This document shows, piece by piece, positions 39,315-50,016 of a stretch of 64,000 bases of DNA. The stretch is from an uncultured Dehalococcoidia bacterium (GTDB lineage: Bacteria; Chloroflexota; Dehalococcoidia; DSTF01; RBG-16-68-14), in contig CAYOSF010000001.1 of NCBI GenBank assembly GCA_964406605.1, forward strand, positions 212,303 to 276,302, in the 5' to 3' direction. Within the stretch, counting starts at the first letter, position 1. The number at the start of each line of letters is the position of its first letter. The notes beneath the pieces are model-generated. The model was given only the letters and a program-made list of their open reading frames with translations, made no database searches and was not told the DNA's origin. Both the position numbers and the translations under genes were made by a program.

Positions 39315-39812
39315 CTAGTACTGAATGGCGGTGCCGATCATCTTGGCGACCACCTTGCCGTCCTGGTTGGTGTAGGTCGTCTCCCGCGTGGTGATCAGCA
39401 TCGGCCCCAAGCTGGCCTTGCGCTCCTCGAAGCCACTGATCTTGGTGCGGGAGGTGAGCACGTCACCGGCACAGACCGTGTCGAGGTACTCGTATTCCGT
39501 GCCGCCGTTCAGCACCCGCTTGTACGGGATGCTGAAGCGCGGGCCCGCTACCTCGGCCGGGGCGCGCGTCCCGGCCGGATTGAACACCGGCGTGCCGAGG
39601 AAGCCCGGCGGCGCCACGATGCTCCGGTACCCTTTGCTCTTGGCGTATTCCTCGTCGTAGAAGATCTGGTCGGTGTGCCCGACGGCGCGGGCGAACATGC
39701 GGCAGCCGGTCTTGTCGACTTCCAGGGTCGTCGCCGCGCCCTCTTTGCCGATCGCCTGCCGCATCTCGTCCGTGACCACGGATTCGAAGTCTTGTTCCTG
39801 GGTCATCCCCAC
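39315..39812 (-). CDS. hot-dog fold partner subunit (MaoC N-terminal-like)
   Basis: The 165-aa protein contains QIFYDEEYAKSKGYRSIVAPPGF and has a 14-nt gap to the MaoC gene. It looks like the non-catalytic half of a split hydratase-2. Confidence 0.7.
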   Translation of the reverse strand: MGMTQEQDFESVVTDEMRQAIGKEGAATTLEVDKTGCRMFARAVGHTDQIFYDEEYAKSKGYRSIVAPPGFLGTPVFNPAGTRAPAEVAGPRFSIPYKRVLNGGTEYEYLDTVCAGDVLTSRTKISGFEERKASLGPMLITTRETTYTNQDGKVVAKMIGTAIQY

Positions 39813-40022
39813 CTCCTTGATCTGCCGGGGCGCCCAGCGGAACGGGAGGGCACCCCCTCACCTGCGCGTAATTCGATGAACGCGGCGACGTGAGGATACT
39901 ACCAACGTGGCGGCGCTGTCAATGAGATGCGCCCGTCCTTGGCCGGTGCGCCTGAGGTCCGAGCGCCGGGGCTGGGAACGATAGCTGTTCCAAGCGTGGG
40001 CCCGGCGCTCAAGCGGCGTCGC

Positions 40023-41159
40023 TCATTCTGTTTGGGGGAGGCGGAACGCTACCTCGTACTTCTGGCATTTGTCCTCGTCGAGTTCGATGCCGAGGCCGGG
40101 CTTGTCGGGCAGCACGATGTCGCCATCGGAGTTGATCTCGATCGGCTCCGTGAGGATGAAGTCGCGGAACTCGGGAGTCCAGTTCGGCGGGTCGTAGGGG
40201 AACTCGATGAACGGGCAGTTGGGGACCGCCGCCGCCAGTTGGAGGTTCGCCATCAGGCCGATGCCGTTCGACCAGGTATGCGGCGAGAAGGCAAGACCGG
40301 CTGCCTGCGCCATGCCCGCTACCGCGCGGGCGGTGGTGATGCCGCCGGCGAAGGTGGCGTCCGGCTGGTAGACATCCAGGCAGCCGTGCCGCAGGTAGTC
40401 GCGGAATTCGTGCAGGCCCAGGTTCAGCTCGCCGCCGGCGATGCGCGTGCTGGTCCCCCTCCTCAGCTCAGCCAGCCCGTCATGGTCGTATGCCCAGAGC
40501 GGCTCCTCCAGCCAGTAGACGTCGAACTGCTCCATGGCGCGGGCCATGTCTAGGGCAGTGCTCGCGTCCCAACGGTAGGGCGACGCATCTCCCGGGTAGC
40601 GCCACGCCTGGTTCGCGTCAACCATGATCTTCATGGAATCTCCCACCGCCTCTCGCACCGCCTCCAACGTGGGCATGTCGTCGCGGGCATTGGGGCTGTG
40701 GAAGCGCAGCTTGACGGCGCGAAAGCCCTCGTCGCGGATCTGCAGCGCGTCCTCGACGCGCTGCTCCTTGGGGCGCAGCTCTCCGGTGGAGGCATAGGCG
40801 GCCACCCGGTCGCGGCTCCCACCCAGGAGCTTGTACAACGGCAGGCCGGCGACCTTACCGGCGATATCCCAAAGCGCGATCTCGATCGGCCACGGACGCC
40901 CAACGAAATACGCAGCGTTCCGGAGCGTCTCGATGTGCTGCTCGATAGCGAGCGGATCGCGGCCGGTGAAGAGAGCGGGAACGGTGTTCACGGGTGTGAG
41001 CACGCCGCCAGAGCCGATGCCGGTGATCCCCTCGTCTGTGTGCACCTCCACCACGGTCGCGCGATGGGTGGCGCTGGGGAAGGGCTGCCAGGTCGGGCTG
41101 AAGACGTGGTCTTGGTGTGGGAGGTCGAAGGTGCGGGTGCGGACGTCTGTGATCTTCAT
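40023..41159 (-). CDS. enolase-superfamily enzyme (mandelate racemase / muconate lactonizing enzyme family)
   Basis: An N-terminal capping domain is followed by a TIM barrel, with the IMVDANQAW (KxD metal ligand) and EEP motifs. Confidence 0.85.
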   Translation of the reverse strand: MKITDVRTRTFDLPHQDHVFSPTWQPFPSATHRATVVEVHTDEGITGIGSGGVLTPVNTVPALFTGRDPLAIEQHIETLRNAAYFVGRPWPIEIALWDIAGKVAGLPLYKLLGGSRDRVAAYASTGELRPKEQRVEDALQIRDEGFRAVKLRFHSPNARDDMPTLEAVREAVGDSMKIMVDANQAWRYPGDASPYRWDASTALDMARAMEQFDVYWLEEPLWAYDHDGLAELRRGTSTRIAGGELNLGLHEFRDYLRHGCLDVYQPDATFAGGITTARAVAGMAQAAGLAFSPHTWSNGIGLMANLQLAAAVPNCPFIEFPYDPPNWTPEFRDFILTEPIEINSDGDIVLPDKPGLGIELDEDKCQKYEVAFRLPQTE

Positions 41160-41345
41160 GGGGCTATTCTATCGGCAAAGGAGCGAAGCGGAACAGAGAA
41201 GGGACGAAGGCACGCGATTCCCGCGCCCGCCCTGCCGCCATCGCCCGGTTTGGGATAGGATAGCTCCGGGACACACTGCGCCCGCCTGTCTCTCGCGGAC
41301 ACGAATCGCGTACAAGGAGGGCGGGCCCGCTGGAAGGAGCTGACC

Positions 41346-44045
41346 GTGACTACTGCCAACCTCGATAGCTTCGGGAGCCGCGCTGCGCTCCGCGTCGGCG
41401 ACGCGGAGTACCAGATCCACCGGCTGGACGCGCTGGAGCGCTCCGGCGTCGGGCACGTGGACCGACTTCCCTTCTCGCTCAAGGTCCTGCTGGAAAACCT
41501 CCTGCGTCGAGAGGACGGCCGAGCGGTATCGGACGAGGACATCCGAGCCCTCGCCGGATGGACGCCGGGCGAGAGCGAGGAACGGGAGGTCGCCTTCATG
41601 CCGGCGCGAGTCCTGCTGCAGGACTTCACCGGCGTACCGGCCGTCGTCGACCTGGCGGCGATGCGCGACGCGATGCGCGACCTGGGAGGGGACCCGAAGC
41701 GCATCAACCCCCTGCAGCCCGCCGCGCTCGTGATAGACCACTCAGTCCAAGTCGATCACTTCGGCTCTACTGAGGCCTTCGCCCTGAACGCGAACCTGGA
41801 AATGGAGCGGAACAGGGAGAGGTATGCCCTGCTCCGTTGGGCCCAGCAAGCCTTCACCGACTTCCGGGTGGTGCCGCCGGACATGGGCATCGTTCATCAG
41901 GTGAACCTGGAGTATCTGGCGCAGGGCGTGTTCTCCAGGAGCAACGGAGGCGTCTTGGAGGCGTATCCGGACACACTGGTAGGCACTGACTCGCACACGA
42001 CGATGATCAACGGACTGGGCGTCCTGGGCTGGGGGGTAGGCGGCATCGAGGCGGAGGCGGCCATGTTGGGCCAGCCGATCTCGATGCTCATCCCGGACGT
42101 GGTGGGCTTCAAGCTCACGGGCCGGCTGCCCGAGGGGGCGACCGCAACCGACCTGGTCCTCACGGTCGTTCAGATGCTCCGGCAGAAGGGGGTGGTCGGG
42201 AAGTTCGTCGAGTTCTACGGGCCCGGCGTCGGAAGCCTGCCGCTGGCGAACCGGGCCACGCTCGCCAACATGGCGCCCGAATACGGCGCCACATGCGGGT
42301 TCTTCCCGGTCGACGACGAGACGCTCGCGTACCTGAGGCTCACCGGGCGGGGCGAATCGCTCGTTCGTCTGGTCGAGGCGTACTGCAAGGAGCAGGGGCT
42401 CTTCCACAAGGAGGACACGCCCGAGCCGGTATTCTCCGACACCCTGAGCCTGGACCTCTCCACCGTCGAGCCGAGCCTGGCCGGCCCCAGGCGACCCCAG
42501 GACCGGGTGCCTCTCTCGTCGGTGAAGGAGTCGTTCCGGCAGGAGCTCGCGGCCATGCTGGAAGGGGAGGACGCAAACGCGATCGACAAGCGCGTCTCCG
42601 TCACGATGGAGGGCGAGACGTTCGATCTGAGCCATGGGTCGGTGGTCATCGCCGCCATCACGAGCTGCACCAACACGTCGAATCCGGAGGTCATGGTGGG
42701 GGCCGGATTGTTGGCCAAGAAGGCCGTCGAGCGAGGGCTGGAGCGGAAGCCGTGGGTCAAGACAAGCTTGGGACCGGGGTCCAAGGTGGTCACCGATTAC
42801 CTCCAGGAGGCGGAGTTGCTGCCGTACCTGGAGCGCTTGGGGTTCTATGGTGTGGGCTACGGCTGCACCACGTGCATCGGCAACTCCGGCCCGCTGCAGG
42901 AACCGATCCGGCAGGCGGTCGACGAGCAACGGCTGGTGGCCGCCGCGGTCCTCTCCGGCAACCGCAACTTCGAGGGGCGGGTCAGCCCCCACGTTCGCGC
43001 CAATTACCTGGCGTCGCCTCCGCTCGTAGTCGCCTACGCGATCGCGGGCCGGATGGACGTGGATCTGCACAGTGAGCCGCTGGGGAACGACAGCGAGGGG
43101 AAGCCGGTCTATCTGCGCGACATCTGGCCCTCACAGGCGGAGATCCAGCAGGCCGTGCAGAAGATCCGCTCAGACATGTTCGGCCGGGAGTACGCCTCGG
43201 TGTTCGAGGGGACGGACGAGTGGAAGGCGCTGGAGGTGCCCACGGGCGACCATTTCGTGTGGGACCCGGCCTCCACCTATGTGCGCCTCCCTCCGTTCTT
43301 CCAAGACCTGCCGCCCGAGCCGACACCGGCCGGCGATATCGAGGGCGCCCGGGCGCTGGCCGTGCTCGGTGACTCGGTAACGACCGACCACATCTCGCCG
43401 GCGGGTTCGTTCCCTGCGGACGGCCCGGCAGGGCGCTACCTGGTCGAGCATGGAGTCGATCCGAAGGACTTCAACTCCTATGGGTCGCGTCGTGGCAACC
43501 ACGAGGTGATGATGCGGGGCACGTTCGCCAACGTTCGCCTGCGGAACCGGCTGGCGCCGGGAACGGAGGGGGGCTGGACGCAGCACCTGCCCGACGGCGA
43601 GCAGATGTCGATCTACGACGCGTCCCTCAAGTACCGGGAGGAGGGCGTGCCGCTCGTCGTCCTGGCCGGCAAGGAGTACGGCTCAGGCTCGTCCCGTGAC
43701 TGGGCGGCGAAGGGCCCGGCCCTTCTGGGCATCCGGGCGGTGATCGCTGAGGGCTTCGAGCGCATCCACCGGAGCAACCTGATCGGCATGGGCGTGCTCC
43801 CGCTTCAGTTCGAGTCCGGCCAGTCGCTGGAATCGCTGGGGCTGGGCGGTCGAGAGCGCCTGGATGTCAGGGGCATCGCGGGGGGCCTGGAGCCGGGCAA
43901 GAAGCTCATGGTGCACGCGACGGCCGATGGTGGGGAGAAGGTCGAGTTTTCCGTTGTCGCGAGGCTGGATACTCCCGTCGAGGTGGACTACTTCCGGCAC
44001 GGCGGCATCTTGCCGTTCGTCTTGCGGCAGCTCGCGCGAGGGTAG
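41346..44045 (+). CDS. acnA: aconitate hydratase A
   Basis: The 899-aa protein has a GTG start and reads [27 protein letters not shown]. The cluster-ligand region contains the CTNTSNP and CTTCIGNSG motifs. Confidence 0.95.
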   Translation: MTTANLDSFGSRAALRVGDAEYQIHRLDALERSGVGHVDRLPFSLKVLLENLLRREDGRAVSDEDIRALAGWTPGESEEREVAFMPARVLLQDFTGVPAVVDLAAMRDAMRDLGGDPKRINPLQPAALVIDHSVQVDHFGSTEAFALNANLEMERNRERYALLRWAQQAFTDFRVVPPDMGIVHQVNLEYLAQGVFSRSNGGVLEAYPDTLVGTDSHTTMINGLGVLGWGVGGIEAEAAMLGQPISMLIPDVVGFKLTGRLPEGATATDLVLTVVQMLRQKGVVGKFVEFYGPGVGSLPLANRATLANMAPEYGATCGFFPVDDETLAYLRLTGRGESLVRLVEAYCKEQGLFHKEDTPEPVFSDTLSLDLSTVEPSLAGPRRPQDRVPLSSVKESFRQELAAMLEGEDANAIDKRVSVTMEGETFDLSHGSVVIAAITSCTNTSNPEVMVGAGLLAKKAVERGLERKPWVKTSLGPGSKVVTDYLQEAELLPYLERLGFYGVGYGCTTCIGNSGPLQEPIRQAVDEQRLVAAAVLSGNRNFEGRVSPHVRANYLASPPLVVAYAIAGRMDVDLHSEPLGNDSEGKPVYLRDIWPSQAEIQQAVQKIRSDMFGREYASVFEGTDEWKALEVPTGDHFVWDPASTYVRLPPFFQDLPPEPTPAGDIEGARALAVLGDSVTTDHISPAGSFPADGPAGRYLVEHGVDPKDFNSYGSRRGNHEVMMRGTFANVRLRNRLAPGTEGGWTQHLPDGEQMSIYDASLKYREEGVPLVVLAGKEYGSGSSRDWAAKGPALLGIRAVIAEGFERIHRSNLIGMGVLPLQFESGQSLESLGLGGRERLDVRGIAGGLEPGKKLMVHATADGGEKVEFSVVARLDTPVEVDYFRHGGILPFVLRQLARG

Positions 44046-44142
44046 CCGTCGGTGCGGGGCAGTACTAGAGAATTGACCCTCGCGTACCGGAAGCTCTCTT
44101 AGGCCGGCGGTCGCGCCCCGACGCGAGCCCCGCGGAGAGCAG

Positions 44143-45225
44143 CTAGGCCGTCCTCTCGGTCCGCCCTTCCCGGGGATCGGGCTCCCTCGTGCGGCCGAGC
44201 TCCTCCATATCCCCCTGGTTGCTGAGCAGCATGAGGCGGTCGCCCGGGCGCAGGACGCTGGAGCCACGAGGACCGGCAAGCAGTTGCCCGTCCGGGCGCT
44301 GGATCGCCAGCAATGTGGTGTTCTTGCAGCGGCTCATCACCTCTTCCACGGAGTGCTCTGCGATGAGCGACTCCCCGGAGACCACGACTTCTCCGAGGAG
44401 CTGTTCCCCCTGCTGGCCCGACGCCAGCACGTCGATGAAGTCGACCGTGAGGGGCTGCAGGGCGGAGAGGGCCATCCGCCGTCCCGCGAGCACGTACGGT
44501 GAGATGACCCTGTTCGCTCCGGCCTGGAGCATCCGGGACTGGCTGGCCCGCTGCCTCGCCCGCGCCACGACGAAGAGCTCGGGGTTCAGCGCGTTGGCCG
44601 TCAGAACGATGTAGGTGTTGCCCGCGTCGGAGTCGGAAGCCGCCATCAGAGCCCGGGCGCGCTCTATCCCCGCTTTCTGAAGGGCGGCCTCCTGCGTGGC
44701 GTCGCCGTCGACCAGGAGGTAGTCCCCGGCCCGCGCTATGGCCTCAGGGTTGTTCTCCACGATGACGAACGGTACGCGGTGCTCCGCGAGCTCGTGTGCG
44801 ATCTCCTGTCCCACACGGCCGAAGCCGCAGATGATGCAGTGGTCCCGGAGCGCTTCGATTCGTCCTCTCATTCGCCTCACTCCTAGGGCCTGGGCCAGCT
44901 CGCCTTCGATTACCTCCTGCACCACGGTAGTCAGGATGTACAGAGCGACGCCCACGCCGAACAGTACTACGAAGATGGTGAAGATCCGGCCGGCCTGGCT
45001 CAAGGGCTGAACCTCGCGGAAGCCAACCGTCGTGACCGTCGTGACGGTCATGTAGAGGGCGTCCAGAAAGGACCAGCCCTCGATCAGGATGTAGCCCACA
45101 ATGCCGAAGGCAAGCAGCCCGAACAGCGCCAGGACGTTCTGCGCGAGCCGACGCCAGGGAGCGCTGGGGTCTCGCAGTCGGTCTCCTGCGACCCGCAGGG
45201 TGTGGTCCGGGCTCAGTTCAGGCAT
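44143..45225 (-). CDS. 2-TM potassium-channel-like protein with RCK (TrkA-N and TrkA-C) domains
   Basis: The protein has a TM1 and a pore helix, followed by TVTTVGFRE in the selectivity-filter position and a TM2. It continues with ICGFGRVG (Rossmann) and a C-terminal TrkA-C domain. Confidence 0.75.
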   Translation of the reverse strand: MPELSPDHTLRVAGDRLRDPSAPWRRLAQNVLALFGLLAFGIVGYILIEGWSFLDALYMTVTTVTTVGFREVQPLSQAGRIFTIFVVLFGVGVALYILTTVVQEVIEGELAQALGVRRMRGRIEALRDHCIICGFGRVGQEIAHELAEHRVPFVIVENNPEAIARAGDYLLVDGDATQEAALQKAGIERARALMAASDSDAGNTYIVLTANALNPELFVVARARQRASQSRMLQAGANRVISPYVLAGRRMALSALQPLTVDFIDVLASGQQGEQLLGEVVVSGESLIAEHSVEEVMSRCKNTTLLAIQRPDGQLLAGPRGSSVLRPGDRLMLLSNQGDMEELGRTREPDPREGRTERTA

Positions 45226-45531
45226 GCCGCTTCGGTCCCTCGTGCGCCTGGTCTGCTACCTCCAGGGTGTTGGTCATGGACACCAGTGTACCGCTGACCG
45301 GCGCTTGACCGTCACCCGCGGTGTACTAGGTGGGTGCGCGTGCCTCCTTCTTTCAGTGTGGCTGCCGTGCGTGTCGCGTTCAATCGGGCAAAACACCACG
45401 TCGCGCGTCTCCCCAGATTCGAGACCGGGAGTCGACTATCGTCATGCATCCGGGCCACCGATCATCGCAGGCTCACTCTTCTTCTGCATCCTCCGCGATT
45501 TCACGCTCGTGCGGGGCAATCCCGTTCGCAC

Positions 45532-46881
45532 TCACCTACGCTGAGACTCTCGGACCTGGTCGACGGCAACGTCGATCGACTCCTCCAGCACGCCGGCGAG
45601 CATGTCGATTTCGTCCTCGCTGATGATGAATGGCGGTCCGATCAGGACCGCGTCCTGGACCGGGCCCGATCCGCCGGGATAGAAGAAGACGCCGCGCCCC
45701 AACCCCGCCACGACAGCCCTCATGGCTACATGATCCGATGCGGGGAACCGTTCCAGCGTTTCCCGGTCGCGCACCAACTCGATGCCCCACAGAAGGCCCA
45801 GTCCTCGGACCTGTGCGACGTTCGGGTGTCCTTCCAGCGACGAGAGACGGGCCCGGAGCACCTCTCCCATGGCTGCCGCTCGGGCCACCAGGTCCTCTCG
45901 TTCGAGGATTTCCAGGACTTTGTCAGCGACCGCGCACGCCGCCGAGTGTCCCGCGAAGGTGTAGAACATGGGGTCCTGCCCCTGCTCGGCGAGCGGGGCA
46001 ACCACACCGGCCGTCGCGTAGATCCCGCCGATGGGGGCGTAGCCTCCGGCAAGGCCCTTGCCTCCGACGATGATGTCCGGCACCACACCCCAGTGGTCGA
46101 CGCCGAACCGTCTGCCGGTCCGGCCGAAGCCGGTCATCACCTCGTCGGCGATGAGCAGCACCCCGTACCGATGGCAGATCTCGGCGACCCGCGGCCAGTA
46201 GCTTTGTGGAGGCACGAGCACACCGCCGGCGGCGCCCACGACGGGCTCGGCGATGAACGCGGCGACGGTGTCAGGACCTGCCTGCACGATCGCCTCCTCG
46301 AGCCCGTCCGCGGCGCGTTCCAGGCAGCCATCGGCGTGCTGGCCAAGGGAGCAGTCGAGGCAGTAGTGGGCGGGCGCTTTGGGGAAGTCGACGAGCAGCG
46401 GCTCGAACCCTTTCCGTCGGGACGCGTGCCCCCCTGCCGCGAGCGCGCCCAAGGTGATTCCGTGATAGGACAGCTCGCGGCCGATGACCTTCCAGCGCTC
46501 CGGCCTTCCCGCGGCGAGATGGTGTTGGCGCGCAAGCCGGATCGCCGCGTCCACGGATTCGGAACCTCCGCTGGTGAAGCCGACCCGGGTGAGGCCCTCC
46601 GGTAACCACCGGTCCACGAGGCGTTCGACCAACCGCACGCGCGCTTCGGTGGCGAAGGGCGGCACGACGTAGTCGACCTCGGCGAGGGCTCGCCCGGCCA
46701 CCTCCGCCACTTCGCTCCTGCCGTGCCCGATGTTGGAGACTATGGCGCCGCCCGCAGCATCGAGGATCTGCCGTCCGTCCGGCGTGATCAGGTAGACGCC
46801 TTCTCCGCTCTGGATGGCGAACGGAGGGCCGCTGCCGGGCACGAACGACATGCGGCGAAGACGCTCTGGATCCAAGATCAT
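45532..46881 (-). CDS. class-III (omega) aminotransferase, PLP-dependent
   Basis: The protein contains DEVMTGFGRTG and GGKGLAGG. The likely start is MILDPERL. Its ATG overlaps the amidase stop as ATGA. Confidence 0.85.
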   Translation of the reverse strand: MILDPERLRRMSFVPGSGPPFAIQSGEGVYLITPDGRQILDAAGGAIVSNIGHGRSEVAEVAGRALAEVDYVVPPFATEARVRLVERLVDRWLPEGLTRVGFTSGGSESVDAAIRLARQHHLAAGRPERWKVIGRELSYHGITLGALAAGGHASRRKGFEPLLVDFPKAPAHYCLDCSLGQHADGCLERAADGLEEAIVQAGPDTVAAFIAEPVVGAAGGVLVPPQSYWPRVAEICHRYGVLLIADEVMTGFGRTGRRFGVDHWGVVPDIIVGGKGLAGGYAPIGGIYATAGVVAPLAEQGQDPMFYTFAGHSAACAVADKVLEILEREDLVARAAAMGEVLRARLSSLEGHPNVAQVRGLGLLWGIELVRDRETLERFPASDHVAMRAVVAGLGRGVFFYPGGSGPVQDAVLIGPPFIISEDEIDMLAGVLEESIDVAVDQVRESQRR

Positions 46882-48377
46882 TGGCCGCCTCCTCGGTCGG
46901 TCTGTTCCTTTCCGGCCGGTGCGCTCTCCTTGGCCAGCGGCGGCCACCGGCCGGCCCAGGGCCGCGCCTCCTCAATCGCGGCGGACATGCGGAGGACGCC
47001 GACGTCATCTCCCAACCGCCCGACGATCTGGACCGCCAGCGGCAGACCGTTGCTGTGGAACCCGAACGGCACGGATGCCGCCGGGTTGCCGCTCGCGTTG
47101 AAGATGGGCAGGAAGCTACCCGGCCAGGGACGGCCTTCGCCGAACCGACGCCGCTCGTCGCAGCGAGGCGCGGTCAGCGCCATGACCGGCGCGAGCAGGA
47201 AATCGTGGTCGTCGAACCAGCGGTGGGTCGCTGCCGCCCACGCCTCACGAGCGCGGACAGCCAGGCTGTACTTCCAGGCCGGCGTGGCCGGGGCAGGCTC
47301 GATGATTCGCCTCGCATACCCGGTCAGCTGGTCGAAATGCTCCGGCAGATCGGGCCTGAGATGGACGGCCCAGGCGTACTCGTCCGGGCCCGTGGTGTCT
47401 GCGGTGCCTTCGATGGGCTCTAGCTGCGGAGGATTCGATTCCTTGATTTCGCAGCCGAAGTCGCGGAGCAGGTCGCTCGCGGCCAGAACCGCCTGCCCGA
47501 TCTCCGGGTCCGGCTCAATGTAGCCGTAGTCGAGGCTGAGGGCGACCCTGGTGCCCTGGAGCGACTGCGGTTCCAATGCGGCGAGGAAGTCCGGTGGGGT
47601 CTCAGTCATGGAGAGCGGGTCTCGCTCATGGGCGCCGGACGCCGCCTGCATGATGAGCGCAGCGTCGCGCACGGTCCGCGTCATGGGTCCCTGGTGCGAC
47701 GTGCGGGGGGCGCCTTTCCAGCCGTCGTGCGGGATCCGGCCAAAGGTCGGCTTCAGGCCGTAGATGCCGTTGTAGAACGAGGGAATCCTGATCGACCCGG
47801 CGCCATCCGTGCCGATCGCCAGGGGCCCAAGACCGGCCGCCACGGCCGCGCCGGCGCCGCCGCTGGAACCTCCGCAGGTATGGTCGAGGCTCCAGGGGTT
47901 GCGGCCATCGTTGCCCAGCTTGTTCATGGTCATGTCGATCAGGCCGAACTCCGGCGTATTGGTCTTGCCAAGGACGATCGCTCCCGCGGCCTGCACGCGC
48001 TCGACGACCGGCGCGCTATGGGACGAATAGTAGTCCTTGAATAGAAGAGAGCCGAAGGTGGTGGGCAGCCATGAGGTGTAGATCAGGTCCTTGATCGAGA
48101 TGGGCACTCCGCAGAGGAGAGGCTTCTCGCCAGGCTGGGCCCAGGTGCGCTCGGCCTCTTGCGCGGCCGCCATCGCGCCGTCGTGGTCGACCGCCAGGTA
48201 GGCGTTCAGTTTGGGGTTGAGGCGGGCTATCCGTTCCAGCGTGACGGCGGTGACTTCTGTAGGCGAGATCTCCCGCCGGCCGTACGCCGACATGAGCTCA
48301 GCGGCGGACAGGAACGCCACTTCTTCGGTCGACATGCTGTCTCCTCCCTTCGCCTCGGGTGGGCGAGCGGTTGTCAT
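46878..48377 (-). CDS. amidase-signature family amidase
   Basis: The protein contains GGSSGGAGAAVAAGLGPLAIGTDGAGSIRIPS (amidase signature) and the Ser-cisSer-Lys catalytic-triad context. An alternative start is at M15 (about 48335). Confidence 0.85.
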   Translation of the reverse strand: MTTARPPEAKGGDSMSTEEVAFLSAAELMSAYGRREISPTEVTAVTLERIARLNPKLNAYLAVDHDGAMAAAQEAERTWAQPGEKPLLCGVPISIKDLIYTSWLPTTFGSLLFKDYYSSHSAPVVERVQAAGAIVLGKTNTPEFGLIDMTMNKLGNDGRNPWSLDHTCGGSSGGAGAAVAAGLGPLAIGTDGAGSIRIPSFYNGIYGLKPTFGRIPHDGWKGAPRTSHQGPMTRTVRDAALIMQAASGAHERDPLSMTETPPDFLAALEPQSLQGTRVALSLDYGYIEPDPEIGQAVLAASDLLRDFGCEIKESNPPQLEPIEGTADTTGPDEYAWAVHLRPDLPEHFDQLTGYARRIIEPAPATPAWKYSLAVRAREAWAAATHRWFDDHDFLLAPVMALTAPRCDERRRFGEGRPWPGSFLPIFNASGNPAASVPFGFHSNGLPLAVQIVGRLGDDVGVLRMSAAIEEARPWAGRWPPLAKESAPAGKEQTDRGGGQ

Positions 48378-48575
48378 TATATCTCTTGACTCCCGCGCGT
48401 GCGGGGGTTGGCGTGCCTCTGCCGGACCGAGCCGCGTGTCGGGCCTGCCTGCTGGACAATGCCGGCAGCGCGTGATGAGAGGAGCGGTAGCCCATCAGCA
48501 CCGCTTCCTGTAGGCTGGGACTACGGTTGTCGATCGGCCGAAGACAGCAGGGAGACGAGCGACTTGGACAAGCAG

Positions 48576-49808
48576 ATGTTGCAGCGGGTGGACCTCGGGC
48601 CAAAGTCGCTTGGCCGCTACGAATCTGTCATCGGCTCAGAGGCCGTCGATGAACTGAGAGAGCTGGCGTCGCCTCTGCGCGGGGCGCGGCTCGCTCAGAT
48701 CAACGCGACATCGTATGGGGGCGGCGTCTCCGAGCTGCTGCGCTCCTTGGTACCCCTCTATCGCGCCCTGGGTCTGCAAGCTGAGTGGCTGGTCATACCT
48801 GGAAGCACGGAGTTCTTCACCATCGCGAAGGGCATCCACAACGCTCTCCAGGGCGCTGACTTTGACCTGACGGAGGAGGCCAAGGACATCTATCTGAAGC
48901 ACAAGGAGATGGTGGCCGGATCCTTCGAGGACTCCTACGACTACGTGATCGTGCACGACCCCGAGCCGGTCGGCCTGCGAGAGCTCCGCGGACGCGATGA
49001 GGCGCGCTGGATCTGGCGCTGTCACGTAGACGCTTCCGAGTCCAACCAGGAGGTACTAGCATTCCTCCTGCCGTTCATCGCCCAGTACGACGCCCTGGTG
49101 TTCACGATGGAGGAGTTTGTACCCGAGCAGCTTCGCGACCGGAAGCCCGTGATCATGCCACCCGGCATCGATCCGCTGAGCCCGAAGAACGTTGCCCTGC
49201 GTATCGACCTATGCCGGCAGATCCTGGAGTGGACGGGCGTCCGCCTGGACAAGCTGCTCATCACGCAGGTCTCCCGCTTCGACCCCTGGAAGGACCCGAT
49301 GGGCGTCATCGAGGTCTACCGCCACGTTCGCGAGGAGGTGCCCGACACCCAGCTAGCGCTCCTTGGCCAGATGGCGCTGGATGACGCGGGTGGATGGGAG
49401 ATGTACCGTGAGATCGTGGGGGAGACGTCCGGCGATCCTGATATCCACGTACTCACCAACTTCACCGGCGTCGGAAACGCGGAGGTGAACGCCTTCCAAT
49501 CGTCCTCTCAGGTGGTCCTGCAGAAGTCGATCCGGGAAGGATTCGGTCTTGCGGTGTCAGAGACGCTCTGGAAGGGCACGCCGGTCGTGGCGGGCCGGGC
49601 GGGAAGCATACCGCTGCAGATGCCCGAAGGCGTCGGCGGGTATCTCATTGACGACAACGACGACTGCGTGCAGAAGACTGTGCGGCTACTGCGCGATCCC
49701 AGGGAAGCGCGGGAGTTGGGCGTGGCGGGCCGGGCCCATGTACGGGAGCATTTCCTGATCACCAGGCTGCTTGCAGACGAACTTCGGCTTCTGGCGTCCC
49801 TCCGCTAG
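48576..49808 (+). CDS. GT4 (group 1) glycosyltransferase, TreT / sucrose-synthase-like
   Basis: The C-terminal motif reads EGFGLAVSETLWKGTPVVAGRAGS (E-x7-E). The N-terminal domain reads INATSYGGGVSELL. Confidence 0.8.
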   Translation: MLQRVDLGPKSLGRYESVIGSEAVDELRELASPLRGARLAQINATSYGGGVSELLRSLVPLYRALGLQAEWLVIPGSTEFFTIAKGIHNALQGADFDLTEEAKDIYLKHKEMVAGSFEDSYDYVIVHDPEPVGLRELRGRDEARWIWRCHVDASESNQEVLAFLLPFIAQYDALVFTMEEFVPEQLRDRKPVIMPPGIDPLSPKNVALRIDLCRQILEWTGVRLDKLLITQVSRFDPWKDPMGVIEVYRHVREEVPDTQLALLGQMALDDAGGWEMYREIVGETSGDPDIHVLTNFTGVGNAEVNAFQSSSQVVLQKSIREGFGLAVSETLWKGTPVVAGRAGSIPLQMPEGVGGYLIDDNDDCVQKTVRLLRDPREARELGVAGRAHVREHFLITRLLADELRLLASLR

Positions 49809-49965
49809 CGCTGCGACGGGTGATGCCGTAGGCTTCTGACGCGGCTGCCGCCGGCGTCGCCGATGGCGGACGCGCACCGCCTGTCCCGGACGTTCGCTCA
49901 CTGTTCAACTGATGGTGGGAATCGCTGCGACGCCACAGGCGCCCCGAGGATTCGCCCCCGATCCT

Positions 49966-50016
49966 TTGACGCGCCGGCCGGCCCGCGCTATAGTTATTAT
50001 GAACACTGGTTCATAA
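49966..50016 (+). promoter_or_regulatory. strong sigma70-type promoter carrying a GAAC-N4-GTTC (Cheo/LexA-type) operator at the predicted transcription start
   Basis: The promoter is TTGACG (49966-49971), a 17-nt spacer, and TATAGT (49989-49994). It is immediately followed by the perfect palindrome TTATGAAC-ACTG-GTTCATAA (49997-50016), inside a local AT-rich island. Confidence 0.45.
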
